From Nemertoderma westbladi (taxonomy: Eukaryota; Animalia; Xenacoelomorpha): a stretch of 64,000 bases of DNA. This document shows positions 45,457 to 59,855 of this stretch, one piece after another. The notes beneath the pieces are model-generated. The model made no database searches and was not told where the DNA came from. It worked only from the letters and a program-made list of their open reading frames with translations. The stretch is taken from contig JAUCBJ010007486.1 in the NCBI GenBank assembly GCA_032718475.1, forward strand, positions 62,001 through 126,000, read 5' to 3'. The position numbers and the translations under genes are program-made. Position 1 is the first letter of the stretch; each line of letters begins with the position of its first letter.

Positions 45457-46962
45457 CCTTCTGTGCTGTTGGAAGTAGTGGAGCCGCTATCCGTAACACT
45501 ACTCAGACAGTAGTCATGATCCATTATTGATTATAAAACTAATACAGTAAGGCCTAAATTATGTGAAAGGTATATCCACATTTTCCACAATCCTGCAATC
45601 CAGTTTCGCCTATCAATTATTTAAAATTTATTAGCACAACCGGTAGGCCTACCATTACCGTATTTAAATGGTAGGCTACACAGTAGGCCTATAGCAGTAC
45701 CAGTGCCGGTACCGGTACTAAAATACAGAAATACCTGCTTTATACCTACATCTGTACATACAATACAGCAAAATACTGCTATATATATACTAACCGGTAC
45801 TGATAGCCTGAGAGAACAGCAGTAGAGAAACCGGTAGCATGGAACCTAACATTAGACTTTTGGATGACATAAAAAATCAAAAAAAATTGACAAAAAAAGG
45901 ATAAAAATGGACAATAAAAATTATTGCGATAGCAAAATAGCAGAAAGAAGCCAATGAGATTATTACATATCAACAAACCAGTTATGAACCAGGTAAATGC
46001 TGTCCTACTAAATAGAACCAAAAAGAACCAATAAAACCGATAGAACCATTAACATTTTGAGCTAAATTTTGTGAAATTAGCTCGATTTCCAAGTGGAGGT
46101 TAGCTATAAATGGATGCTGCGGTTTTTTGATATTAACTTTTTGAAATTTGCTGATGTGAATGTAAATATATACACAACAATTTAGGCCACATTAAATAAT
46201 TCACTGTAATTGTATACTTTTGTATATTTTAGGTGGTGAAATAAAACACTGCAAGCTTTTTTCACTAAATATCAACTTAATAGGAAGTGAATTAATTAAA
46301 CTGGTTAAATAATTGTAATGTAAAATACTACTGTATTATTTTGCATCACATGCAGTTATAATAATATGAACAATATAACTCTGGTACTGTAGCATTACAT
46401 GGTAAATTAACATAGACGCTATTGATTCAAACTTCTCTAGCTTTGCTATTCAGAATGACAAATATTGATTTTATTTCTCCTACTGTACTACACAGCACTT
46501 CATTCACTGAATGAATAAGAATTTAATAGTTTGTTGTCCTTGCTATATAGTGTAGAAATTCCTAATGGGAATGAGTCATCACTTTTTAATTTTAATTAGA
46601 GCTACGAACAGAAGTTTGTGAGGTCGAGAAAATTTGATGGGCGATGCTACATTACGTACTGCTGTTTAGTAGATAAGTGGTGTTAATTAATCTTTTATTT
46701 TACCTACAAGTTTTACAGTTTATTAAATTATTAATATTATGAGTGTTATTTATTAATTGATACAGCTAATCAAGTCAACTTGATCTGTCAGCCTGTAAGC
46801 AGTAGGTAGTATAGCAGTACTGCAGTATAGCACCTTTGATATTGCCGACAGCCAGACTGCTTGGCGCCAAAATGAGGAGGCTACCATTACGGCGTTTGAC
46901 ATTGCTGACAACCCGGAACGTTTGTGGTTTGTGGACACTGCTAGCGATCAACCAGCACAGGG

Positions 46963-49654
46963 ATGCCCTCATGTTGCGGATGCGGTATTAACGGCACTTG
47001 CAAGCGCGGTGCGTGGTGCCCCTGCGTGAGGCCAGCCCGAGAATGCTGGGACTGCATTCCCAGCAAGCGAAGACGGTGCCTGAACGGCGGAGTCAGTCCG
47101 CCGACAACCCAGACTCAACCCACCCCGATCATTGATGGACAACAAGACGGGCCGGCAGCCGCCGCCTCCTTCTGAGTTGGGGAGGGGGGACGACTCTCTT
47201 GACGATACATTGTTGGACCTGTCTGACAGCGATTGTTCTTTTCACTCGCTGAGTGACACGTTGGTGACACGCCGCTCCCCATACCATGTCAGTATGTTGG
47301 TCCCGGCGGTCGGTTTGTCTGTCCCCCCGGGTCCACCCATCGGTCTGTTTGCCCCCACTGGTCCGCCAGTCAGTTTGTCTGTCCCCACGGGTCCGCCTGT
47401 CGGTTTGTCTGTCCCCACGGGTCTGCCTGTCGGTTTGTCTGTCCCCACGGGTCCGGCGGTCGGTTTGTCTGTCCCACGGGTCCGCCTGTCGGTTTGTCTG
47501 TCCCCACAGGTCCGCCTGTCGGATTGTCTGTCCCCACGTGTCCGCCTATCGGCTTGTCTGTACCCACGGGTCCATCTGTCGGTTTGCAAACCGTGGGACA
47601 GCCGCAAGTTACTACGGATGGAACTGTGTTCGGCAACCAGTGGAGCACGGGTGGGGAGCCAAAGGAACACCGACCCTCATGACCTAATGACGAGGGCATA
47701 TGGGGCCCCACTGGTAGGGAAGGGGGCCGCGCCGGATTGCCTGCTCCATCAGTGGAGACAGGCGACTCATCTTTGCGGTTCCAAATACAGACTACCAGGG
47801 GGTGCAGTGGGCTGTGACGTAGTTGCGACGCTGGCGGAGGAGGCGATGGCCTTTGTGTCTGGGTTGCGCCACAACATAGCCAACGCGCGTTCGGAGAGGA
47901 TTGTACTTTTGGACGCATTGCTCTTCCACCGCAACCCAAAAGTTGTAAAGGCCGCGGATATCCAGCGCCTTCTGAGCCGCAGATTACAGATGTGGAATGC
48001 CGGGATTATGGAGGCCTTACTCCAGGAGGCGGAGTGCTGCTCCCTCAAGTTCAGGTCAGGGCGGCATGCGAGAAGCAAGCCGGCTGGTGAGGACAAGGAT
48101 CACACGATCCGAGTTTTTACTCATCTGATGTTAGAAGGGAAGGTACGCAGCGCTGTATGCTGGGTGACTGGTCGGGAGAGCGGCGGTTTGTTAGACCCTG
48201 ACCAGGAAGTCGACACAGGAGGTGGAAATGTTAAAGTCCTCAATATCCTGAGAGCCAAGCATCCCCCTACCCCGACACCCCCCCCAGAATCTCTCCTCCA
48301 ACCAGATGAAGAACTCCCAATCCACATCCAATCACAGCTAACGCCTCCGTGACGCCATCGCCGATATTGCGCAGTCCTTTGCCATCACTGTTATACTGTG
48401 GGAGTCCGCACGTGCCCTTATGTCGTGTCGGCTGATTGCCCTGGATAAATGCCCAGGAGTTCGGCCGATCGGGATTGGGGAGTGCTTGCGTCGAATTCTT
48501 GGTCGCTCAATGGCTGAAGCTACGGGGGATGACATTATGGCAACCTGCGGCGCCGAATAGCTCTCCGCCGGCACATCAGCAGGGGTGGAGGCCGCTGTCC
48601 ACACGATGGCAAATCTGTTCAACCAACGGAGTTTAACTCTCTAAACCAGACAGCCGCGCTGTGGAATGTGCGTCGGCTGTGGCCCCGATGCTCGCTGTTT
48701 CTGTTTAATAGTTACCGGGGGGATGGCATACTAACAATACGCGGGACCGAGGAGGTGATATTCAGTGAGGAGGGATCCATGCAGGGTGATCCTCTCGCGA
48801 TGCTCGAGTATTCTTCAGGGATTCTCCCCCTCATTCACCTCCTGCGTAAACCACCGGATACTCAACTGGTTCAGAACTGGTATGCGGATAACTCAGGGGC
48901 GGGAGGTAGACTGGAGTTGGTTCTCGAATGGTTCATCAAGCTGCAGCGGTTTGGACCAACACTCAGGATACTTCCCGGAGCCAATGAAATGCTACCTCAT
49001 AGTAGCCCCAGAGTTTGTCGAGGATGCCCGTAGAGTGTTTGCTGGCCAATCGATAAATATTGTGTCGGGTCATCGATTCCTCGGTGGGTACATATGCGGC
49101 GCTGTAGAGAGGAGGGGCCATGTCCGGGCTGAGGTAGCTGGGTGGGTTGCCTCTGTTGATCGTCTAGCTGAGATGGCAGAGGCCCAGCCCCAAGCCGCAT
49201 TTGCAGCTATGGCCTGCTCCCTCCAGCGGGAGTGGGCCTATTTACAACGGGTAACCCCGGACTGTGGTGAGGAATACGAGGTGCTGGAGGAGGCGATAAC
49301 CGAACGGTTTCTCCCGGCAATCTTAGGAAGTGAGATATCCTCCCAAGAGTGAAAACTATTCGGTCTGTCCCCCCACAACGCTGGGCTCGGGCTGTAAAAT
49401 CCGGTGTCCGAGGCCGCCCAGTCCTTCTCGGTTTCATAGAAGGGGACCGCTTCCCTTGCGGCAGCCATTCTTGGTAAGAGTTCACTCGTACACTCGGAGC
49501 ATCTGGACTGTCTGAAGCGCGTGTGGAAAGAGGGTCGGGAACAGCAGATGTTGCGGGAGAAAGTCAACCTCGAATCCACGCTAGAGGAGTTAACGGACCG
49601 TCGCAGTTGGACAGTACGGCGTGTCGCCGATTTCCGCTCGAGCGGGTGTATTTC
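46963..49654 (+). mobile_element. CRE-clade-like non-LTR retrotransposon, decayed, interrupted by BEL copy B
   Basis: N-terminal Cys-rich CCGC..TC..CPCV..C.DC.P..C.N; YRLPGGAVG; LML.GKVRSAV; KHP; RT motifs RLIALDKCPGVRPIGIGE.LRRI, QGDPLAM, WYADN, GYFPEP.K, RFLGG, QPQAAFAA; several frameshifts and deletions. Confidence 0.8.
47300..47587 (+). repeat. 30-bp tandem (PTGPPVGLSV-coding) within the CRE-like element
   Basis: CCCCACGGGTCCGCCTGTCGGTTTGTCTGT x ~9.5; one unit lacks a base and shifts the frame. Confidence 0.9.
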
Positions 49655-52600
49655 TGTAAAGGCTTTTGCGGATTTAGCTGGTTATTTTCCCCGCAAAGTA
49701 CTCTGTAGGTGTTTTAGCGGACATAAAAAGCCGTTTCCTTACTGTACAGGTGTTTTAGTGGACATAAAAAGCCATTTCTTCTGTATGTGTACTTTAGCGG
49801 ACATAACAAGCAATTTTATGCCGCAATGCACCAAAATACTCTTAATACAGTGTAGTTCAGATGACGACATCTATCAGCTGATATCTGATATGTCGACATG
49901 TAGCTTTTGGCTTTCTTTGTTCAGGCTCATTCACTCGACCAATCAGAGCGATTTTCATTTTATTTGCACAGAGGCCTCCGGGAAATCGCGCAATGCATTA
50001 TGGTCTTTGTTTACCTTTTTTCCTGAGCCCCGAACATCGGCTGTGGAATTATTCTATGTTTCAGACTTTAGCCAAACATTAGAACGGCTTTGATCATAGA
50101 AACGTATAACTGTTATTCTATCTACCACTTATCATATCATAACTATATGTACCTTTCACCGCATTATTTTGCTGCTATTTACTGTCGGTTATTAATTGTA
50201 TCAGTTGATGGAATATTGTTATATTTGGAGAATATCGATAAATAATCAGAAACCCCCAATCTTCTTGATATACTGAAGGTTAGAGAGACCGGTTACATAT
50301 AGCAATTGCGACTTACATTATAGTGGTTTTGGAGTGAATTGAATGCTATTTCATAGAACCTACATGTGTCAGTTGCTGTTCTCCTTATATATGATTAAAA
50401 TTAGTGAAGGTCGGCAGATCAGTGTGCAGCAGTGGGCGGTAGTGTGCATGAGTGTGATAGATAACAAAGCATCTCCTAAAGAATGCGCTTTATACGTGAA
50501 TCAATAGCCATCCCGTTGTGTTTAGTGTAAGTCATAACTCTGTTTACATACTTAGAGCACCACGTCCTAAAGGAACTGTTAATATTTCCCGAAAGTGAAT
50601 AATATTTGTCAGAGATTATATATTAATGATCAATCGAGTAATACAGTAGGCCTATACCGCAATAAGGTCAGAGCATCCGAATCCAGTCTCCCTTAACCGT
50701 GGGTGAATGGTCGCGCATAGGCTGGCTTCGCCTAATGTAGCTTTATGTGTATCAAATACTTGTTATAGGCTAAAGTCGATTTATAACCTAGAAGACACCT
50801 AAATTGGCAGGTTAAACTGCTAAAGATCTAAAAGCGCGAACAATAACAGTTATTGCTTCTTTATTGCAACGTAGGCAATAAAGGTAAAAGTACCAGTCGA
50901 CCGGTAACCAGTAGGCCTAACTACCTAACCACCCGAACCGGAACTTACAGCAGTACAGGTACAGCAGTATTATTCGATTTTGATAATTATATACCGGTAG
51001 GTCTTGATATTTAATCAGGGACGGCCACCCTGGTCTTTTATTGGGATTTTACTTATTTCTGTCAGTTTTATTTATTTGTAAGTTAATATTGAGCAGAAGG
51101 CGTGTAAGCCTGCTCAGATTGTACAGATAATTTGTAGGCTGGACTGTTGTCTGGCTATTGTTAGGTCTGAAGAGATTGCAGTGTGTGTAGAGTGTATGTC
51201 CGATAAAGTACTAGTTAGGAACGTAGGGGCATCCAGTGCTGTAAGATAAATCCCCCCAGAAAGAATAAGTCGTACTACTCGGTTAGAACGCATACTAACT
51301 AACCATTTCGGAGTCTGCATATACTGTAGTTTATTTAGGCTTGATAGTAGTCTGCCAGCGTTTGGTCTGTATTTTGTTTGTGTAGTCTGTACGGGTAGCG
51401 TAATATTTATTATTCAGAGTTTATGCGATTATTTGCAACATTCACAACCCCAAGTTTATTCCTACAGTAATTGTGCTTGTTATACATACCGTTATAGTTA
51501 AATTAACCCCAGTACTACATCAGGGCTGTTTGGCGTAGGTAAAGACTGGTGATTTTATGCTCTGGTCACTCCGGCAGATACCGTGGTTCTTTTAGCTGTA
51601 CAAGTATTTTTAACTGCTGGTTATTTGTTGTATAAGTACTTGTACCTAATTTAGGGTTTAGTGTACAGTGCTTTCCGAAAGTAATTAGTTTGTAGGCAGT
51701 ATATTTGTGTTGTAAAGTGGTTAATAGGCACGTTAGCCATAGTAGGCTGCGGTACTTAACTTCTAGGTAGAAACACTCCGGGTACATAACGTAGTACTTA
51801 TAGCGCTACGGCTATAAGTCGTCAGACGGTGGTATTTTTCCTATCTAGACAACGCAATATATTTACTACTGCTTTATTATTTTCAAGTACCGTAGTATCC
51901 TGTCCGTTTGTAATTCCAGATATTCCAGAATCCAGATATTCTAACCCCTTGTTAGGCTGGTTTGTAGATTTCTTGTAAAATTAACCCTAAAAATTCGTAC
52001 GTGTAATTTTTGTGTTTATTTAGAGATTGTAATCTCACCCGCAATTGTACATAATTTGTAGTAATAAGTAACTTAGGCAAGTAGAATTATTTGTTTTAGT
52101 GTCCAAAACAATAGGTAGCACTCCACTGAGAGCGTACAGCTTCTGTGTAGTGACTCCTTCCCAGAAATAATAACATTTATTTCCAATATTGTAACAAAAC
52201 CCATTAAAAGGGTATATATATATATATATTATAAATCAACTCAAACCGATTTATAAAATAGTAGGCCTGTCATACAACAATTAGGTCTTAATATCAGTTG
52301 GACTACTGCTTAAATAACGGTAATAAAGTAAAGTAAAGTAACTAAGTAACCCTAAAAATTCAGAAATTCAATTATTCTAAAATAATTGACATACCGGTAT
52401 TTGCGATAGGCTTATTATATTTATTTCTATAAATTTGAGCTGAAATTATATACCGGTATTCTGTAATTAATTCTAGTCTATAATTATACTTATATACTAT
52501 AAGTGTAAGTTGTATACTGGTATTCACGATAGGCTTATTATATATTTATATATACATGCGCTGAAATTATATACCGGTATTCTGTGACAAACCTAGTCTG

Positions 52601-55600
52601 TAATAATACTTATATATACTATAAGTGTATACCGGTACACTAATATATTGTATATATATCACGTTACATAGAGTAACGATATCGGTAATTAATTACTAGG
52701 CTAACAGTTGATACTGAATTACTAGACTTGCTTCAACTGTAATATAGCAGTAGGCATTCAACTGTACAAACAAACATGTCTGACACAATGCAAAACCTGT
52801 CAGACAGTCTCCTAGATACAACCATCTATGACCCAGATAGGAGTGCTGAACGTTTGAGACCGAAGTTCAACTCACCTCCTACTGTAAGAAAAGTCATCCT
52901 TCCAGTAATAGTATCAGACCCTAGGCTAGTCAAACACCGTAGGTCTATCATAGGCACTCGGGCTCAAGTCAAGAGGGACCAAGAAGCAGCTGTTAAACAG
53001 CAGCAACACGCGAGCCGAGAACTTATTTCTCAGCGGCCCGATAGCTCCAGTAGTTCAGATACTGTAGAGCTGACACCCGAGCGCGGAGCAAAGATGGCAG
53101 ATGCGGTTTATTCGGACCCCCTTCTCATTCTTCCTGCAGCCGTACTCACTAGGTTATTGATTGCGGTGGAAGAACACCAAATCGATTGGGCGAGAAGTAA
53201 GCGATCGACCAAGGATAGTTATGTGGGATACACAAGGGAGGAACTGAAATCTATTGTCGAGTCGCAATGGAACTTCCCCGGACCCGGACTCCCGTTTAAC
53301 TTATCGGAAGCTGCCTGGGAAGACTTACACAGGATGGGAGTGACAAAGGACACTAGTGATCCAGCTGTATGGAAGAGGTCGGCAGCAGGATATGTACAGA
53401 GATTCTTCAGCTCTTTGGAGCGATTTGAGGAACAACTGTTTCAACAACTCCAAGGACCTCAAGAGCAGGGAGAGCTGCTTTATCAAGTTCGAGAAAGAAT
53501 TCTAAGAATCAGACTAATCTTATCGGCCTTTGAGGAAGCTTCGAAAAGAAGACAAGACACGTCGTTGCAAGTTGCCGTAAAGACTTGGTTCCAGCGGGTG
53601 GGTCTCAAGGTTCAAGGAACGGCCCAGTGGAAATCTCAGTTGGCTGAGCGCCCAACCCATGGAGAATCAACAGACGCTACCTTTTCTCAAGTGGAAAGCG
53701 AAGCGACAGCAGAGAAACCGCAGAAGAGGGACGCTATTGACATCTATCTGTCATACTATCAACGATTTCTAGGTGATGAAGAGTTGAGGAGACGGCTGGC
53801 TGGACTTCGCCCTAATAGTGAAGGAGCCAAGCTTGTGTTGGACGCAATAGATGCGGAAATGTTAGCTGCAAACCAAGCTAAATTTGATGAACGCCTCCGC
53901 ATCGCTAGAGTCCAAGAAGAACAAGTAAAGAAAAAACGTATAGAAGACAGAAAGACAGCAGCAGCGGCAGCGGCAGCGGCAGAAGTTGAAAGAAAAGCGG
54001 CAGCGGCAGCGGCAGCGGCAGCGGCAGCGGCAGCGGCAGCGGCAGCGGCAGTGGCAGAGGCAGAAGCGGAAAGAAAGGGGGTAGAAGTGGAAAGAAAGGC
54101 GGTAGAAGTGGAACGAAAGGCGGTAGAAGTGGAAAGAAAGGCGGTAGAAGGGGAAAGAAAAGCGGCAGTGGCAGCGGCAGAAGCGAAAAGAAAAGCAGCA
54201 GAGGCAGTGGCAGAAGCAGAACGGAGAGCGTCTGAAGAGACCACCCAACTAGAGTTGGAAAATCTTCAAGAGAATCAAGACTACATAAATAAACAGTTAA
54301 CAGCTAGTCAGATGCAGATGATAAGTTGATCTACTCCCAAAAGGCAGGGATTTACATCATCTGATGAAGGCGATACCACCGATCCTGAAGGCGGAGGAAA
54401 TAGATCTCGTCTAAACAGGCGTAGAAGAATGCCCCACCATCAGAAATTGCCTGATTTGCCCCCAGCTGTGAGAAGGCAACTAGCTAGCACGGACTTAGGT
54501 AGTACAGAACCCACAGACCAAATTATTAGAGTAAAAAGACTCCCTACTATAGTAGATGAGCCTGAAATAATTAGGCCTGTTCTCGAAGCCACCCCCTCTG
54601 TGATAGAGACCCCTGTACTTCCAGAACCCAACTCTAAATTCCCTTTGCACAGCACTAAACTACCTGTGCCCAGCAGAACAGCCCCTGAGACAGCTCCTGT
54701 CCTGGACTCCGAGCGAAATATCAATGATTTGTCGCCCATTGTCCCTCGTCCGCCTGCTACTATGTTGGCGGCTCCCGCTTCGGCGGTCGAGTGGGTGGAT
54801 GAGGGACGGCGGGGGATGGATCTCCTGCTCGGGCAGATGCAGGAGACTGTTCAACAGTTCAAGGGCACAGTCAGGGAAAGTAGGTTAGAGTTGCAAGAAG
54901 TGCAGCAAAGTATCGCGTTAGAACGCGATAAATTGGTAAATACCCAAAGGGGTATACCACCAACCCCGGTAACAATGTGTCAACCTGTTAGGTCTGAAGT
55001 ATTTCATGCGCCAGGTGTGGAGCCTACACGCATCTATACTGCTAGTGAAGTAGAAACTCCTGTAGTAAACCCTATTAAGGGTAATTATAAACCTGTTGAC
55101 AATGATATTCCATATAGACCTAATCATAATCCGAGAAATTTATATACCGATAACTCGATATTAAATAACACGATGGCCCAAGAAAGTTTTACACGTCAAA
55201 TGGCTAGAACCGAAGCCCGTCAAGCAGTAAAGGTGGGAGAGATCGTCAAGTTCAATGGAGATGAGATGAAATGGTTACCTTTTAATGAATATTATAAAGA
55301 TAACATACAGAACTCTGTGCTATCTAACGGAGAGAAACTTAGATTCCTCATCGAGTGCTTGGAAGGATCTCCCAAGTTAATGGCGTTAAAGTTTATTGGA
55401 CATCCAGATGGATTAAGACAAGTTTGGGATACACTAAACATCAGGTATGGTAATAGGAATAACATAGCTAGGTATTTGTATGCAAAATTGGTAGCGCCCC
55501 GAAAGTTCATTATCAGCGGGATTATAGAGTTTTCCGATGAGATTCAGGAGATCTGTAGACAATTAGATTGGCTAGGTAAGTCTCATGAATATCAGAGTTC

Positions 55601-57550
55601 TATGGTTATTGGAGCTGTAGCATCTACTTTACCCAAGGGTGGAGTAGGTACACGCTGGGATAAGAAAGTGTTATATATGATGGAACAACAACGACGAGAC
55701 CCTACCATGGCTGATCTTATGTCATTCTTAGATGGCGAAGTAAAATTACAGCTCCTAAAGCAGTCCAGGGAGAAGACACCGGAAAATAAGGTAAGTGAGA
55801 AACCCATTTCTAGGAGAAAGGTAACACCAGTGTGTTATACAGACGACGGCGAAAGCCAGGCTTCTCAAGAAGAGGACAGCGGGAAAGACACTGAAAGATC
55901 TTACTATGTTAACAAAGCGTCTAAAGACGTAAGTAAATTCAAGTCTCGAAACAATGACAGGAGAGAACAGGTAAGAAAAACTCCTCCTACGTCTCCTAAG
56001 AGAATTCACGGAAGAAAGCCTGAGGAAAGAACGAGTGTGCACAACGTTACCCAAAGTAAGGTAAGTAACATCAAACCGAAATGTGCGCTGTGCGACGGGC
56101 CCCACCGTTTAAGTGTGTGTGATGAATTCCTAAAGAAATCATTAAAAGATAGACGTGAAGTCATGTGGGATAAGCTGTTGTGTTATAATTGCCTCAGACA
56201 AGGACACCAACGACGAACCTGTTACTCCGACGCAAGGTGTGCAAAGTGCGGCGTGAAACATCATATCTTGTTGCACACTGAATTCGAAAGAAACAGCCCG
56301 AGTCAGGTAAATGAGTCCGAACTACATGTCCAATTCAGTGATGTGAACGACACTGACCAAAGTTCTGAGATGGAAGGATTCTATACGGACGAATTCTCCG
56401 ACGAAAACAAATCCTGTTACCTAATAAATATCGAGCACTTACGTATGAGAAGGAAACCGACAATGAGCTCCCCCTAACTACTCCTGACCGACAACCATCT
56501 TGGAAAGCACCTACTTCCAACGTAGGAATCCGAGAATTTCCCATAGTGCAGTTGAGAGTCCACGGGCCAAACAAAAGCTATATAGTGAACGCCCTCCTTG
56601 ACTCCGGCAGCACAGGAACATTCATCGACAAAGAACTAGCCGAAGACATCTTTACTGGACAACCCAAGTTCCGAACTAAGTTAAACATGTCAGGAATTAT
56701 GCAGGTTTGGAAATCTACAGTAATTGCAGATTATTATGTAGGTGCATTGTCCACCCCCCAGGATGAACTAGGAGAACACAGCATAAGGTCAGTAAAAATG
56801 GTGGCGATAAAGAACTTCGCTACCAGCCAAGTGGAACCTTATAACTGGGATGAGGACGATTTCACCCAGCAGCATAAGATACCTAGATTCAATACAGACT
56901 ATCCTGGAGTGCAAATACTCATCGGCCAAAATGCGCATGAGGCGCTTGAGACATTGGAGAAACGGCCTGCTCAACCGCAACCACTACAAACCTATGCGGG
57001 AAGAACTAGAGTAGGTTGGTACTTCACTGGCCCTTCCCGTAGAACTCTCATAGAAAGGTTACCCAAAGAGCGGGTCTACCAGGTAAGTGAATGGGAAGAG
57101 GAGAACAGTGAGGTAGACGATACAACTGAGGGAACACCATACTCCTCAGATAATGACGACATCCACCAACTCTTCGACGAGGAGAAGACCATCGACCTCC
57201 TTACGGAAAACGAAACTTGGCAAAACCAGGTGAACCTATGTCACCTCATTCATCCAGCTGAACAAGTCGAATACAATGACGAACTGAATGAAGTGATAGA
57301 TCACTATAACGCGAAGACTCGCGATGAACACGCCGTACGATTCTTTACTCAAGAGGCTGTAGAGCCCAATTCCTACGATAAGGCCATATTGGTAGAAGAA
57401 GAAAGAGCCAAGCAGATCCAGGAGACAACTACACGTTTTCTTAAAGATCAAGGTAGATATGAAATTGGTCTGCCATTTCGAAAGCGAGAACCTAAATTTA
57501 TAAACAACCGACCCTTGGCGGAGAAAAGAATTGCGCAACTACATCGACGC
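49655..57550 (+). mobile_element. BEL/Pao family 1 copy B, interrupted at 57551 by a different BEL/Pao element
   Basis: Collinear with 34678-~42640; homology stops at CATCGACGC immediately before TGTCAT. Confidence 0.9.
52776..57550 (+). pseudogene. Disrupted Gag-protease region of copy B
   Basis: Homologous to the 37927 ORF; CGA>TGA stop at 54327-54329, ~10-bp deletion frameshift near 56430, nested insertion at 57551. Confidence 0.9.
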
Positions 57551-58002
57551 TGTCATAAAATATATATATTCAAGTAGGGAAATAAAGTTTGTTTTCGTTA
57601 ATGATTTAATGTTAATGTGCATAGTACAGTAGTTGGCAACAGCAGGGGTTCATTGACATCAACTCATACATTATATCATTGATATACATACAGTATCGTC
57701 TATATTATTAACTATTGTTTGTACAACGCTAGAATTACCTCATCGTTTGGAAGACATGCCCCTGCTGTTCGTCCTAATTAAAAGGGTCAATTAGTATTGC
57801 TACAATAATAGGAGTATACATAGAGTGTTGGTGCGGTGATGGTAAAACCAGTTGCTAATTGTCGTTGTAATATGTGTCATTTTTGTAATTAGTTAGTTAA
57901 TTATTAAATTAGAGAAATATGTAATCATAATATTGTGTTTTTTTAAACTGTTCATGGGCGGTTCAACAATCAGAAGAATATACATTCATCCCGTTCATGA
58001 CA
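57551..58002 (+). repeat. 5' LTR (452 bp) of the family 2 element
   Basis: 6-bp inverted termini TGTCAT/ATGACA; begins exactly where host-element homology ends. Confidence 0.85.
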
Positions 58003-58015
58003 TGGCGCCCGATGT
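58003..58015 (+). promoter_or_regulatory. Primer-binding site, tRNA-Lys-like
   Basis: TGGCGCCCGATGT directly after the LTR CA; TGGCGCCC is complementary to tRNA-Lys 3' ends. Confidence 0.75.
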
Positions 58016-58322
58016 TAAACGGCAGTAATATTCAACTGGGTAAGTCAAACTTCATTAGGATTACAGAATCACAGTAATTATACTGTGTTAATTCATGTTG
58101 CGTTGGTATCTTCTATCTAATTGCAACAACCAAGGACAATATGAAATTATCGAAATCTGTTAATGCAAATTAGCGTCAACTACAGTAACTTCATAAACGT
58201 CTGACTTACTCAATTGTACTGGTACGTTACAGTAAGCACCAGTACGACGCAAAACAGGATTGCTTCTGTCGCTTACATATTAATTCACAGGTTCAACACA
58301 GGATTTCCCAACATCAGAAAAC

Positions 58323-59855
58323 ATGTCAGAAATAGACGGGGAATTAACACAACTCAAACGTTCTCGTGGAATACTACGGGGAAAAGTCACTAGAGCGCAG
58401 AAGAGACTGAATACGCAACTTGACGAAGCTGAGAGGACAACATTGATGGAGACGTTTAAAGATTTGAATCAACGACTCTTAGAGGCCGATATGCAAATCG
58501 GTATACAGCTCGAAGATGACGAAATGGAAAGCGATCTGGACTATTCAGATGAGTATCAAACAATAATAAACAATGCAATTGCTTTCTTACGCAAGTCACT
58601 ACCCACCAATCAGCATCATGCTGGTTATCACTCAAATACCACACTCAATGAACCTAGTTTTCAAGGTGTACATAATTCAACAGAATACATGTCCCACTTA
58701 TCTATAATTCAAAATCAAACAGAAGGGAGAGTTTTAGCACGTTCAATGCTGTCCAAACTAAAACCCCCTACATTTGGTGGTAATTTGTTGGATTTCAAAG
58801 GCTGGCATGAAGCATTTCTCACAGCTATTGATGAAGCACAGGTGCCTGATGTTATAAAATTTCAGTACCTACGTCAGAGTCTCAAGGGCGAAGCCCTTAA
58901 GACTGTTGGAGGGCTAGCAGTAAACGGAACTAATTATTCAATAGCCATGAAATTATTAACTGAAAGATTTGGCAATGAAAGACAAATTATCAGGGCACAC
59001 ATAGAGCAAATAAGAGCCATTAGAAAAACCAAAACAACGTTACGAGAAATTTATGATCATTGTCAATCGCATGCAAGGGCTTTAGAAGCACTAGGTGTTT
59101 CAACTGACAAATATGAGCTGACAGTAGTTCCAGATGTGTTAGCTGCACTTCCAGAGAGAATTGCACTAAGATTTTGTCGTAAAAATAAAGATAAAGTTGA
59201 AAACCTTGAATGGATAATGGAACAAATCAAGGGGGAGTTGGAAGCTCAGGAAATGCTATCCAATACAATAAACCCACCCCATTCAATAGACACTTCGTTG
59301 AGCAGTGATGGCCAAAACAGCTATCAACAATCGGTAGAAACCCCCAATGCACCCTTTCGTGATAAACTTAAGGAAAAACACGTCAACAGACACACATACG
59401 GCGCAACAGCTGCTAATTTTGTGGCTAGTGTAACAAATGATGGAAAGGCTCACGTAAATGCCCAGTCGAGCTCAAGTACAGCAAAATTGGGATCAAAACA
59501 AACAATTGTACCACATTGTTTGTTCTGTAGACAAATTCATTACTCAGCTGATTGTTCGACAGTAACTGACCCTTTGGAAAGAAAGGAAATACTAAAAGAA
59601 AAAGGCCGTTGCTATATATGTTTAAGCAAAGAGCATATGGCAAATAAATGCCAATCGATAAAACAATGCAAATTTTGCAACAATCGTTTTCACCATCCTG
59701 CAATCTGCCTGAAACGAGGTGTAGGCCCACAACGTCAATCTACAGTACTTGTTACTTCAACAGAAACAACCAATACACAACTGGAAGTACCAAAACCTAC
59801 AAATATTACGTTGTCATATTTATTTTACGGGAAGTGCTCGAACGACATTCATTAA
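58323..59855 (+). CDS. BEL/Pao Gag (family 2)
   Basis: KLKPPTFGG..F..F, KFQYLRQSL.GEA, NY..A..LL.ERFG; knuckles CLFC..H...C, CYIC...H...C, CKFC...HH.AIC. Confidence 0.85.
   Translation: MSEIDGELTQLKRSRGILRGKVTRAQKRLNTQLDEAERTTLMETFKDLNQRLLEADMQIGIQLEDDEMESDLDYSDEYQTIINNAIAFLRKSLPTNQHHAGYHSNTTLNEPSFQGVHNSTEYMSHLSIIQNQTEGRVLARSMLSKLKPPTFGGNLLDFKGWHEAFLTAIDEAQVPDVIKFQYLRQSLKGEALKTVGGLAVNGTNYSIAMKLLTERFGNERQIIRAHIEQIRAIRKTKTTLREIYDHCQSHARALEALGVSTDKYELTVVPDVLAALPERIALRFCRKNKDKVENLEWIMEQIKGELEAQEMLSNTINPPHSIDTSLSSDGQNSYQQSVETPNAPFRDKLKEKHVNRHTYGATAANFVASVTNDGKAHVNAQSSSSTAKLGSKQTIVPHCLFCRQIHYSADCSTVTDPLERKEILKEKGRCYICLSKEHMANKCQSIKQCKFCNNRFHHPAICLKRGVGPQRQSTVLVTSTETTNTQLEVPKPTNITLSYLFYGKCSNDIH

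Noticed and set aside
44546-45915. Weak inverted similarity flanking the 68-bp array (TGACATAAAAAATCA)
   Set aside because: Low-complexity match with no definable termini or TSD.
59800-59855. Programmed -1 frameshift between gag and pol
   Set aside because: No X XXY YYZ slippery heptamer, and the protease active site is missing, so a lesion is more likely.
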